Shown: positions 8,661 through 17,938 of the stretch, piece after piece
Numbering within the stretch: the stretch's first letter is position 1
Layout of the letters: every line of letters begins with the position of its first letter
Assembly: GCA_965198235.1 (NCBI GenBank)
Contig: OZ240248.1
Coordinates: 160,001 to 224,000 of the forward strand
Origin: Candidatus Poribacteria bacterium
GTDB lineage: Bacteria; Poribacteria; WGA-4E; WGA-3G
Length of the DNA stretch: 64,000 bases
Reading direction: 5' to 3'
The notes under the pieces: model-generated
Database searches by the model: none
Seen by the model: the letters and a program-made list of their open reading frames with translations, nothing else
Told to the model about the DNA's origin: nothing
Position numbers and translations under genes: made by a program

Positions 8661-10946
8661 CTGAAACAGATATTAATCCTTCTAATTCTCATACTACCGC
8701 TTAGTGCCTTCGGACAGACTGATGAGGGTGATGCCACTGAATCAGACGCCGCAAAGGATGAAGCATCACAACCTGTTATCACGTTAGAAGAGGTAAGGGT
8801 TGAAACAGAGCGATTGGAAACAAGACTACAACGGACGCTGAGCGGAGACTTGCTCAGGCGAGCTACAGGCAGTGCTGGTGATCCAATTCGCGGAATATCC
8901 CGACTTCCAAGCGTCGGTACAGTTAACGATTTCTTTGGTGCACTTTCTGTGAGGGGCGGCGCGCCGGGGGATAATCTTTACTACTTCGATCGATTGCCGT
9001 TAGGATACCCTTATCATCTGCTCGGTATTGTCTCAGTGGTGAGTTCCGAGGTCACTGGAAAAATTGATGTGCATCCGGGTGGATTTGGTGCTGAGTTTGG
9101 CACCGACTCACAGGCGGTGATTGATATCCATTCCCGCCCACAAAAGCTGGAGTCTTTAGGGTGGTTAGATGGAATGCTAAAACCGAGTTTTATCTATTCC
9201 GAAGGCTTTCTCAGTGGTGCTTTATCCTTTCGAGAGAGACCCACACCCAATGTTCCAAACGAAACGGATAAAAAACCGTCCATTTTCCATCTTTTCAAGG
9301 ATACACTCCTCGGCGATGTTCAGATATTCGGCAGAGATGCGAACGAAACAGGTGAAAAACCGGCGAGTACCGACCAGGAACTCATAGAAAACAGAGCGTT
9401 ACCCGGGCAAGGCTATTGGTACGCTTTCGGCAGACGCAGCTATCTGGAGCCACTTTTTGAATTGGCTTCGAGGTTAGTGGAGATTGAAGATTTGGTGCAA
9501 CAGGTGCCAAGTTTTTGGAGTTATCAGTTAAAGGGCGTTTATAAACTCAATAATGCTCATGGAATAGTGCTCAACGCTGTCACGGCGTATGACGCATCTA
9601 AATTGCAATTGGGATCAAATGAAGTCCATGACAGCGATCTCCACGGTCCCTTAAGCTCGGAAAACCCGTTTGATGTCCAAGGGATCCACTTTTACTCTCG
9701 GTTATTGCCGCGATTCAGATCTGTTCTGTCACTCACCCGTTCGTTTACAGAAAATGAAATCGCTTTTGGTGAAAGGTACTACTACCGAACGGCAGCCTCT
9801 GTCTACGCACTCCGAAATGACTTCACTTATACCACATCCTCGGAGAATACCGATGAAACTGTAGAATTCGGCTACCTACTTTCAAGTACCCCTTCAACCG
9901 TTACGAGTCATGGGGCGCGCCGAGTTGAAGAGGGAGACCCTGATTATGAATTCCGAATCCGGCACAAACTGAAAAAAGTCAATGTCACTGAGACCCGAAA
10001 CATCCATCGCTTAGAGGGGTATCTTCAAGCTCGGCAGCCCCTATTCACTTCTAACGTCTTGGGCACTTTTGGAATGCGAGCGAGTTACTTTGATCTCACG
10101 GATAACCTATCGCTTCAGCCACGTGCACAACTCCGTTTTAGTCTGCCATGGGAAGCATTTCTATACTTCAGTTATGGACATTATACGCAAAATCCACGAT
10201 TAGATCAGTTTGTGCTGGGTGTAACACCCAACGCGTCTCTTGGACAGAGTCTTGCAACGCATTACGTTCTTGAGTTGAGACAAAGGCTGCGCTTCGGTGC
10301 GAAAGTGAATATCGCGGGCTATTACAAAAAACTGCAAGATCTCATCATCTACAATAAAGATGAGAAGCAGTATCAAAACAGTCAGGCAGGATTCGTGCGT
10401 GGGTTTGAAGTTTCTTTTGAACACAAAATTTCCGACACCTTTGATGGATGGGTGGCGTATGCTTATACTGTTTCCAAACGCCGCGATTTTCCTGAAGAAT
10501 TCCACCGGTTTTACACTTACAATAGTCCGCATGTTCTGACCCTCGCAACGAATTACAGCGCGCCTCAGGCACTAATCCTCTCTGTCCCGCTCATCAAATC
10601 GTTGGATATAAGCGCAAAGTGGCAATATCAGAGCGGTGTACTCTATGCCCCTTTAGCAGGTCGTACCCCCTTTACGAACTTTCGGACGAAGGAAAAAAAG
10701 TGGCGACCAATTTACGGAGAATGGAAGCGCACCGCACCATATCACCGGTTAGACCTAAGCCTCCACTTTCAACTGTTCGGTGATTTAGAGAATGAAGGTT
10801 GGGAATTTGGGTTGGCACTTGAGGTATGGAACCTTTATAACCGCAACAATATACTTGAAGTTCGCTACAGTCGGAATTTTACAAAAGAGGAACCTGTTTC
10901 GCAATTGCCGATTATTCCATTTGTGGCGATGACTTTGGAATTCTGA
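8661..10946 (+). CDS. TonB-dependent receptor, paralog of the upstream gene; start uncertain (likely CTG 8661)
   Basis: Same plug and barrel motifs; signal peptide LKQILILLILILPLSAFG; terminal F. Confidence 0.88.
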   Translation: MKQILILLILILPLSAFGQTDEGDATESDAAKDEASQPVITLEEVRVETERLETRLQRTLSGDLLRRATGSAGDPIRGISRLPSVGTVNDFFGALSVRGGAPGDNLYYFDRLPLGYPYHLLGIVSVVSSEVTGKIDVHPGGFGAEFGTDSQAVIDIHSRPQKLESLGWLDGMLKPSFIYSEGFLSGALSFRERPTPNVPNETDKKPSIFHLFKDTLLGDVQIFGRDANETGEKPASTDQELIENRALPGQGYWYAFGRRSYLEPLFELASRLVEIEDLVQQVPSFWSYQLKGVYKLNNAHGIVLNAVTAYDASKLQLGSNEVHDSDLHGPLSSENPFDVQGIHFYSRLLPRFRSVLSLTRSFTENEIAFGERYYYRTAASVYALRNDFTYTTSSENTDETVEFGYLLSSTPSTVTSHGARRVEEGDPDYEFRIRHKLKKVNVTETRNIHRLEGYLQARQPLFTSNVLGTFGMRASYFDLTDNLSLQPRAQLRFSLPWEAFLYFSYGHYTQNPRLDQFVLGVTPNASLGQSLATHYVLELRQRLRFGAKVNIAGYYKKLQDLIIYNKDEKQYQNSQAGFVRGFEVSFEHKISDTFDGWVAYAYTVSKRRDFPEEFHRFYTYNSPHVLTLATNYSAPQALILSVPLIKSLDISAKWQYQSGVLYAPLAGRTPFTNFRTKEKKWRPIYGEWKRTAPYHRLDLSLHFQLFGDLENEGWEFGLALEVWNLYNRNNILEVRYSRNFTKEEPVSQLPIIPFVAMTLEF

Positions 10947-11033
10947 TGAACCCGCCCAATTGAAATTTATATAGTCCAATTTGCCTCTTTTTTCGTCTTT
11001 ATATTAATCACATCTCTTTTTTGGAAGGAGGCA

Positions 11034-13298
11034 ATGTTCTTGGACAACTATCTATTTTCTGCACTGAAATTCCGAAGGATCGTAATTCCCTTATTCCTCA
11101 TTGTGCTTTGGCACGTCGTTGTCACCAACGTACATCCCGAATCGCACGATCACCAGATTAAGGCATATCGTACCTACCAAAGTATTGAGATTGACGGTGA
11201 TTTAACGGAAGAGGATTGGAAACACGCCGAGCCAATTGACGAGTTTGTGCAGATTGAACCGTATGAAGGCGAAATCAGTTCCGAATCAATGGAGGTTCGG
11301 GTTCTCTACGATAATGAGAATATCTACTTCGGCTTTACCTGTTTCGATTCGGATATATCGAAATTGGTCGCCAATGAGATGCGCCGAGATTCTCGTGACC
11401 TGCACGACAACGACACCGTGTTCCTGATATTGGATACGTATAACGACCAGCGGAGTGGCTTCTTCTTCCGCATAAACGCCCTCGGTGCGATACAGGACAG
11501 AGCCGTAACCAACAGCGGCGACACGCTCAACAGGGATTGGGATGCCGTTGTGAAATGTAAATCGAAAATCAACGACACTTATTGGACTTCCGAACTTAGT
11601 ATTCCATTTACTCAACTTCGTTTCAAGCAGAGCGATCAGATAGTATGGGGTATGAACACCGGTCGCGAACTCGCCCGAAATCAAGAAGAGATGATATGGG
11701 TCCCTGTTCCAGCGTCCTATGGCGGCATGGCAAAGTACCGAACTGCTAACCTTGGAAGACTTGTCGGGCTCTCAGGCATTGCCCCCTCTCGAAACTTAGA
11801 GATACTTCCGTACATCCTTCCCGGCGTGACCCAAATTAACGGAAATGATGCAGGGCTTGAAACCGAAGGCAAGTTCAAGATAGGTATTGATGCCAAATAC
11901 GGCATTACGTCTAATCTGACAGCAGATGTCACTTGGAACACTGACTTCGCACAGGTTGAAGCCGATGAAGAACAGGTGAACCTGACCCGATTTAGCCTCT
12001 TTTTTCCTGAAAAGCGTCCCTTCTTTTTGGAAGGTGCCGGACTTTTCGATTTTGGAGTGCCGCGGACCAGTTACCGCCGACCACCCCCGATGCTCCTTTT
12101 CTATAGCCGCCGCATTGGACTTGCCCAGGGCAACGCAATTCCGATTATTTTCGGTGGAAAAACGAGTGGCAAGGTGGGGTCTTACGGTGTAGGGTTCCTC
12201 AACGTCCTGACAGACGAATTCTACGATGCTGATACGGAAGATGATCCCCTTGACATCCCGCACACCAATTATTCTGTAATGCGTATTACAAAGGACGTTG
12301 CCTCAGGGTCCCGTATCGGCATAATTGCTGTCAATAAAGATGAAATTGACGACTACAATCGCGCAGGTGGTTTTGACTTTGAATACCGTCCGAATGACAG
12401 TGTAGATGTACGGGGGCTGTGGTCTCGCACGTTTGAACCGGGGGCATCTGGACAAAATAATGCCTGGTATCTCGGTTCCAACTGGCGGAGCAAGCATTTC
12501 CGTGTAGAGGGTTCGTATACCGATATTGATGAGGATTTCAACCCCGCTGTCGGATATGTCAGACGTACTGGCATCCGACACTTCCGCGGTGAAATGCGGT
12601 GGGTCCCCATGCCCCAAAGATTTGGAATCCAAGAAATTTGGACCGGCCCAGAGGTTAACTATATTCTCAACCACGACAACGAATTGGAAGAATGGGACAT
12701 TTCTTACACCAACTGGTTTCAATTTTCTACCGGAGATTATATCCTTTTCAACGGGAGACGCAGCTTTGAACGTCTGAACGATGTTTTCAACTTCAGGGAC
12801 GGCGTAGAGATTCCGATAGACGACTACTCGTCTAACTCATATCGTGTACGTCTCTCCAGTAACGATAGTCGTCCGATCAGTACAACCATCGGCGGCGGTA
12901 TTGAAGATTTCTACAAAGGCGAAGTTCGTAGAGCATATATACAAACCACTCTTAAGCCGAATGGGCATATAAGCCTGAGCGCACAATATCAGTTTAATCA
13001 GGTAGTGGATCTACCGGAAGTGTATTTCACCGATGGGCAACCGCGTCCTGTTTACGTTAATCTTTTCAGAGGCAGACTTGACTATTCCTTCACTACGGGA
13101 CTCTTTGCAAAACTGTTTGCACAGTGGAATGCCGATACGAACGTTGTGTCTACCAACTTCCTTATCAACTATATTTATCGTCCGGGAAGCGATTTCTACT
13201 TCGTTTTCAATCAAACGTATGATACCAACGGCACCACGCGATCTCGTCTATTGGATTCAACCGTGGTTGCGAAGATGACCTATTGGTGGAATCCGTAA
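11034..13298 (+). CDS. CBM9-like + DUF5916 outer-membrane protein
   Basis: IEIDGDL.E..W, YDNENIYF, NTDFAQVEAD, FFPEKRPFFLEG, YSRRIG. Confidence 0.85.
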   Translation: MFLDNYLFSALKFRRIVIPLFLIVLWHVVVTNVHPESHDHQIKAYRTYQSIEIDGDLTEEDWKHAEPIDEFVQIEPYEGEISSESMEVRVLYDNENIYFGFTCFDSDISKLVANEMRRDSRDLHDNDTVFLILDTYNDQRSGFFFRINALGAIQDRAVTNSGDTLNRDWDAVVKCKSKINDTYWTSELSIPFTQLRFKQSDQIVWGMNTGRELARNQEEMIWVPVPASYGGMAKYRTANLGRLVGLSGIAPSRNLEILPYILPGVTQINGNDAGLETEGKFKIGIDAKYGITSNLTADVTWNTDFAQVEADEEQVNLTRFSLFFPEKRPFFLEGAGLFDFGVPRTSYRRPPPMLLFYSRRIGLAQGNAIPIIFGGKTSGKVGSYGVGFLNVLTDEFYDADTEDDPLDIPHTNYSVMRITKDVASGSRIGIIAVNKDEIDDYNRAGGFDFEYRPNDSVDVRGLWSRTFEPGASGQNNAWYLGSNWRSKHFRVEGSYTDIDEDFNPAVGYVRRTGIRHFRGEMRWVPMPQRFGIQEIWTGPEVNYILNHDNELEEWDISYTNWFQFSTGDYILFNGRRSFERLNDVFNFRDGVEIPIDDYSSNSYRVRLSSNDSRPISTTIGGGIEDFYKGEVRRAYIQTTLKPNGHISLSAQYQFNQVVDLPEVYFTDGQPRPVYVNLFRGRLDYSFTTGLFAKLFAQWNADTNVVSTNFLINYIYRPGSDFYFVFNQTYDTNGTTRSRLLDSTVVAKMTYWWNP

Positions 13299-13428
13299 TG
13301 TAAGAAATGAACCGCTTTGATAGAACCATCCAGTGCTTCCTGAATTGCGATCTTCCGTTGACAGGCTCTTTACTGTCAGTAGGAGGGAATTCCGATTCCC
13401 GACGCTTTTACCGCTTTAATGCTAAAAA

Positions 13429-13457
13429 TTGACACAAAACTGAAAGTGTGTTATAAT
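13429..13457 (+). promoter_or_regulatory. Consensus sigma70 promoter, originally upstream of tonB
   Basis: TTGACA-17 bp-TATAAT. Confidence 0.8.
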
Positions 13458-13605
13458 TAGAGTATGTTTATGCCAAAATAGGAACTCGTGAACCGCGAAT
13501 AATCATTGGGTATTTTTGTAAAACCCACTTTAGTCGACCTCATAACATAGGAAACACGAGCGAGCAGTGTGCTGAGACCGAGACTATCCCTCTTTTCTTT
13601 TTAAG

Positions 13606-14697
13606 TAGGACTTACGCAATAATGTTTGACATAGACTCCCGAAACCTGTAACATGGTGTGCCAGGAGGTATCTAAAAATGGTTAGACCGACACGTCTGGA
13701 TTACTGTCAATATCTACTCAGCACGCCCCTCAACTATACACTCACTCATTTCGCGGACCACTCTGATCGATTTAGTCATGATCAGATAAACCGGTATCTC
13801 GCCAATGACCGTCTCCGACCGCGTCAAGTCTGGGAACATGTCAAATCGCACTTGGAGCAGACGCCCGATGGCTACATCATCTTTGACGACACGGTGTTGG
13901 ATAAACGGTATGCGAAACAGATGGGTCTGGCGAAAAGGCAATATTCTGGCAATGCCGGGGGTCTCATAAATGGTATAGGCATTGTGACGTGTGTCTACGT
14001 CAATCCTGCGTTAGACCGATATTGGTTGATAGATTATCGCATCTACGATAAACAAGGCGACGGTAAATCGAAGTTGGATCATGTCCGAGATATGCTCTCG
14101 GTGTTGGTAGACTCTCGCGATGTTGCTTTTTCGACAGTGTTGATGGATTCGTGGTATGCCAGCAAATCGCTACTGCTTTACATTGAGAGTCTGGACAAGA
14201 CGTATTATTGTCCATTGAAATCGAATCGTCTCGTTGATGATTCTCAGGGTAGCAAACCTTACCAACGCATTGACACTCTCCAGTGGACGCCCGCTGAACA
14301 GACCTCTGGCAAACGCGTCAAACTCAACAAGTTTCCGAAAAATCACAAGGTGAAAGTTTTCCGGGTAGCGTCTTCAAGACGCACGGATTATGTTGTGACC
14401 AACGACTTGAGTCAATCCGATGTGTCCGTCGTCCGACAGGTGTGCGACGTCCGCTGGAAGATTGAACAATTTCATCGGGAAACCAAACAGTTGACAGGAC
14501 TTGAAAAATGCCAATGTCGTCTCCCGCGTATTGTTCGCAATCACATCAGTGCTGCGTTTTTGGTGTGGATTCACCTGATGCGTAAAGCACATGAAACCCG
14601 TCAAACCCTTTACCAAGTCAAGCATGGATTACTCTCTGAGTATTTATGTCAACAACTGAAATCACCGACTCTAAAAATACAGACTGCGTAAGTCCTA
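13606..14697 (+). mobile_element. IS701-family insertion sequence, 1092 bp
   Basis: 13-bp TIRs TAGGACTTACGCA / TGCGTAAGTCCTA; 5-bp direct repeat TTAAG at 13601-13605 and 14698-14702. Confidence 0.92.
13678..14691 (+). CDS. IS701-family DDE transposase
   Basis: IFDDTVLDK, QYSG, VLMDSWY, RWKIEQFHRETKQLTG; stop lies inside the right TIR. Confidence 0.9.
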   Translation: MVRPTRLDYCQYLLSTPLNYTLTHFADHSDRFSHDQINRYLANDRLRPRQVWEHVKSHLEQTPDGYIIFDDTVLDKRYAKQMGLAKRQYSGNAGGLINGIGIVTCVYVNPALDRYWLIDYRIYDKQGDGKSKLDHVRDMLSVLVDSRDVAFSTVLMDSWYASKSLLLYIESLDKTYYCPLKSNRLVDDSQGSKPYQRIDTLQWTPAEQTSGKRVKLNKFPKNHKVKVFRVASSRRTDYVVTNDLSQSDVSVVRQVCDVRWKIEQFHRETKQLTGLEKCQCRLPRIVRNHISAAFLVWIHLMRKAHETRQTLYQVKHGLLSEYLCQQLKSPTLKIQTA

Positions 14698-14714
14698 TTA
14701 AGGAGGAAAAACAG

Positions 14715-15668
14715 ATGAATAGCAGAACTTCCGGCATCCTCAGTCAGATGCAGCAGCGCCGAGCAGAGCGTAAAAAACCGAAGCGTTTTGTCGCATTAAA
14801 AAAAGTTTCGCTTGATGCCAGCCAGCAGCACGGCATTTCTACGGCACAAACGAACATGCCGAAGCATCCTGTCACACAAATGCACGTCGGACGGAGTTCC
14901 GCCGCGTTTGGAGTCGCAATGGTGTTTCATGTCCTTATAGCGATTATCATTGGTGTCTTCTATATCGCCGATCGGATTGAATTTGAAAAAGAGACGTTTG
15001 ATATTAGTATCGTCACAGAAGATGCAAAAACCAAACGCCGGTTCATACGTAGGGAAGTACCGAAGTTTAATGAAGCAAAACAGGACCAGCAGAAAGTTCT
15101 TGTCCAACCACCCGTGACGACTGTCACTGACCAACCGCTATCGAATGACGCATTTGCAATCCCTCAGGGTCCCGAGACTACAGGGGATCTCACAACACCC
15201 GGCACCAATGAGGGACCCAGACTTATAGATGTCAATCGCGATTTTGTACAGCCCACAACGACGGTGGAACCCAATACAAAGGCACCGGCATTTGAGATAC
15301 AGCGGGACGCACCAACACTGATTGACAAACTCGACACTCCTGCTCCCGATAACGCACCTGGATTGGATGGTGTTAATTTTGAGAGTGCGCCCGGAGTCGT
15401 TAGACCCGAATACAAATTCAAGGTGGAACCCAAGTATCCAGAGGTTGCCTCGAAGGCAGGCAAGGAAGGGCAGGTCCTCTTACAGGCAACCATTGATGAG
15501 AACGGCATTCCGCAGGACATTGTAGCGATTACAGATATTGGGTTTGGGTTTGAGGAAGCAGCGATTGCGGCGTTGAAGAAAACCACTTTTCGTCCTGCCA
15601 CAAAAGGCGGTAACCCGATCAGCCTTCAGGTTGAAGTACCCTATTCTTTTTTGCTTAAAGACAAGTAG
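14715..15668 (+). CDS. tonB: Energy transducer TonB family protein
   Basis: Single TM helix, Pro/Thr-rich linker, C-terminal PKYPE.A...G.EGQV...FRPA; AGGAGG RBS. Confidence 0.85.
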   Translation: MNSRTSGILSQMQQRRAERKKPKRFVALKKVSLDASQQHGISTAQTNMPKHPVTQMHVGRSSAAFGVAMVFHVLIAIIIGVFYIADRIEFEKETFDISIVTEDAKTKRRFIRREVPKFNEAKQDQQKVLVQPPVTTVTDQPLSNDAFAIPQGPETTGDLTTPGTNEGPRLIDVNRDFVQPTTTVEPNTKAPAFEIQRDAPTLIDKLDTPAPDNAPGLDGVNFESAPGVVRPEYKFKVEPKYPEVASKAGKEGQVLLQATIDENGIPQDIVAITDIGFGFEEAAIAALKKTTFRPATKGGNPISLQVEVPYSFLLKDK

Positions 15669-15802
15669 TGGACTGTCCATCTTAAAAGTGTAGGGGCAGC
15701 CTTTGTGGATGCCCTGGCGCAATACTCTACATCAAAAAATCCGTATCGCGTGACCGAGAACCTGCGCGGAACGAAGTGGAGCGCAGCCCAGAAGCCCATA
15801 AA

Positions 15803-16567
15803 TTAAAAACCGATTTTTAGCAAGCCTTTTGCTGCGAAGTTCCGAACCAGGTTCACAACCGAATGGCGTGCTGTGTCGGCTATTTGTGTCTGTTCAAACG
15901 TTAGTTGAGCAGTTTCTGCTTCAATGGCTTCTGCCTGTGATGCTGACATATTCTCAAAAAATCGGTCATGTATGGCAGTCGGTGCGTTGAGTAGGGCAAG
16001 GGCTAAGGTCGGTTTGTCCAGCACTTGTAAAATAGTTCTGATTGCTTCATTCCCCAAGTTCCCCAAGTCCTCAAACGTAAACAACCGTTCAGAGACGCTA
16101 TCCACTACCTCAGGCTGCTTTTCACCTAACGCTTCCAGCAACTCATTCTGTTCTGTTATATCCAGATATGATAACAATTTTGCAAGGTTCGCTGTGCCTT
16201 CACCTAAGAAGGTGGTTTTTTGGATTGCTTCCTTAATCCGAGCGATCTGTTCATTCCAAATGTGCATCGCGTGTTCGGAGTCAATCGTCTCTGTCGCCGT
16301 CACCTTCTCAGCGATACTAACCTGTTTGTCAAAAGGTAGTTGCGCAAAAAGTTTTCCCGCATGCGTGGCGAGAGCATTTCCCGTGGATTCACTTTTCAAG
16401 TGTGTACACATAACTAAAAACACCGCCGCATCGTTATCGTCGACACCTTGGAATGCTGCCAACGCCACTTGTGGGTGTGTTTCGTCAAGCAAGTCCGTCA
16501 GTTCTTGGAGAGCCGCTTCATCTAAAAAGGTAGGTGTGGTCTGCGAATCTGTGTTAGGAAGGGACAC
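15803..16567 (-). CDS. FliG-like protein (middle and C-terminal domains only)
   Basis: ETHPQ (EHPQ-like), LFTFEDL, LALAL, FFENMS; start overlaps the purM 3' end. Confidence 0.8.
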   Translation of the reverse strand: MSLPNTDSQTTPTFLDEAALQELTDLLDETHPQVALAAFQGVDDNDAAVFLVMCTHLKSESTGNALATHAGKLFAQLPFDKQVSIAEKVTATETIDSEHAMHIWNEQIARIKEAIQKTTFLGEGTANLAKLLSYLDITEQNELLEALGEKQPEVVDSVSERLFTFEDLGNLGNEAIRTILQVLDKPTLALALLNAPTAIHDRFFENMSASQAEAIEAETAQLTFEQTQIADTARHSVVNLVRNFAAKGLLKIGF

Positions 16568-17594
16568 CTTGGACCCCCTTTTCTCCCGCGATTACTTCAC
16601 CAATTCGGTAAGTGGATTCCCCAGATGCTTTAAGAAACGCAAGGGCAGCATCAACGACATCAGGCGCGACTATCGCTACCATCCCAATTCCCATATTGAA
16701 AACTCTGTACATTTCTGCCGCTTCAACGTCCCCTTTCGCCTGTAAAAACGAGAAAATAGGCAGAATCTCCCATGTGCCGTTCCGAATATAGGCAGTACAC
16801 CCATCTGGAAGGATCCGCGCCACATTTGCTGGTAGACCGCCTCCGGTGATATGGGCAAGACCTTTAATGTCGCATACTTTACGAAGGGACAGAATAGAAT
16901 TCACGTAACTCCTGTGGCAGGCAAGCAGTGCTTCCCCGACTGTTGCAGAGAGTTCAGGAAGATAGGTGTCTACACTGTAATCGCACCTGTCGAACAGAAT
17001 ACGCCGCGCCAATGTAAAACCGTTCGTATGTAAACCTACCGACCCTAAACCGATGAGTTGATCTCCCGGCGTAATTCTCTCTCCGGTAATCACGTCGGCT
17101 TTTTCAACAGCACCCACAATAGTCCCCACCAGGTCATACTCACCCGGTGTATAAATATCTGACAACTCTGCGATTTCACCGCCGATTAATGCACAACCGA
17201 TCTCTTTGCATCCTGACGTTAGACCCGTCACGATCTCTTCAATCACCACTGGCGATACCTTACTAATGCCAATGTAATCTAAAAAGAAGAGAGGTTCCGC
17301 TCCCTGCACGACGATATCGTTGCCGCAATGTGCGACAATATCGAAACCGACCGTGTCGTGTCGTCCTACTTTAAACGCGACCTTTAGTTTTGTGCCAACA
17401 CTGTCTGTACTGGAAACGAGAACCGGTTCTTGATACGTTTTGAGTGCAAAAAGCCCGCCGAAACTGCCGACATCGCTGAGCACTTCAGATCGGTAGGTGG
17501 TTTGAACAAGGCGTTTAAGCCGTCCTATCGCCTCGGATTCTGCTTCAAATGAAACGCCAGCATCGGCGTACGTCATAGGCTTTTTATCAGCCAT
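16554..17594 (-). CDS. purM: Phosphoribosylformylglycinamidine cyclo-ligase
   Basis: TYADAGV, GSFGGLF, TDSVGTK, GLHTNG, HITGGG, FNMGIG. Confidence 0.96.
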   Translation of the reverse strand: MADKKPMTYADAGVSFEAESEAIGRLKRLVQTTYRSEVLSDVGSFGGLFALKTYQEPVLVSSTDSVGTKLKVAFKVGRHDTVGFDIVAHCGNDIVVQGAEPLFFLDYIGISKVSPVVIEEIVTGLTSGCKEIGCALIGGEIAELSDIYTPGEYDLVGTIVGAVEKADVITGERITPGDQLIGLGSVGLHTNGFTLARRILFDRCDYSVDTYLPELSATVGEALLACHRSYVNSILSLRKVCDIKGLAHITGGGLPANVARILPDGCTAYIRNGTWEILPIFSFLQAKGDVEAAEMYRVFNMGIGMVAIVAPDVVDAALAFLKASGESTYRIGEVIAGEKGVQGVPS

Positions 17595-17925
17595 CTGATT
17601 TCTCTTGTTCCTTTAATAATTGTTTACGAAGCGGTGAAGTGCCTCTCTTCGGTCTTAAGAGACTAACGACTAACACAATACCACTGATGCCTAAGGCTAT
17701 GAGAACACCAATCTCTTCTGCCTCGTCTGCTTTCATATCCGGCTGTAACTTCCCAATCAAGAACGGAAGAATTCTGCTCAAAACCATACCAAGGATGGCA
17801 CAACCGAGCAGAGAGATGAGCGTATATCGTCCTTGCGCTGTACCTATCGGACTCGGTTTTTTCTGTTTGCCACGTTGTCTATACTGCATAAAAATTTCCC
17901 TTGTGAGGCGCACTTCCAAGTCCAT
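17587..17925 (-). CDS. Hypothetical two-TM membrane protein in the pur operon
   Basis: Two hydrophobic segments; abuts purF and overlaps purM. Confidence 0.7.
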   Translation of the reverse strand: MDLEVRLTREIFMQYRQRGKQKKPSPIGTAQGRYTLISLLGCAILGMVLSRILPFLIGKLQPDMKADEAEEIGVLIALGISGIVLVVSLLRPKRGTSPLRKQLLKEQEKSDG

Positions 17926-17938
17926 GTTAAGACCGGGT

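Noticed and set aside
13460-13605. TPP or cobalamin riboswitch in the tonB leader (contains GCTGAGA)
   Set aside because: The remaining conserved aptamer segments are not recognisable; a covariance search is needed.
15924-16745. 273-aa plus-strand ORF, and similar long shadow ORFs (39114, 56244, 57308)
   Set aside because: Antisense or off-frame to well-supported genes, with no motifs.
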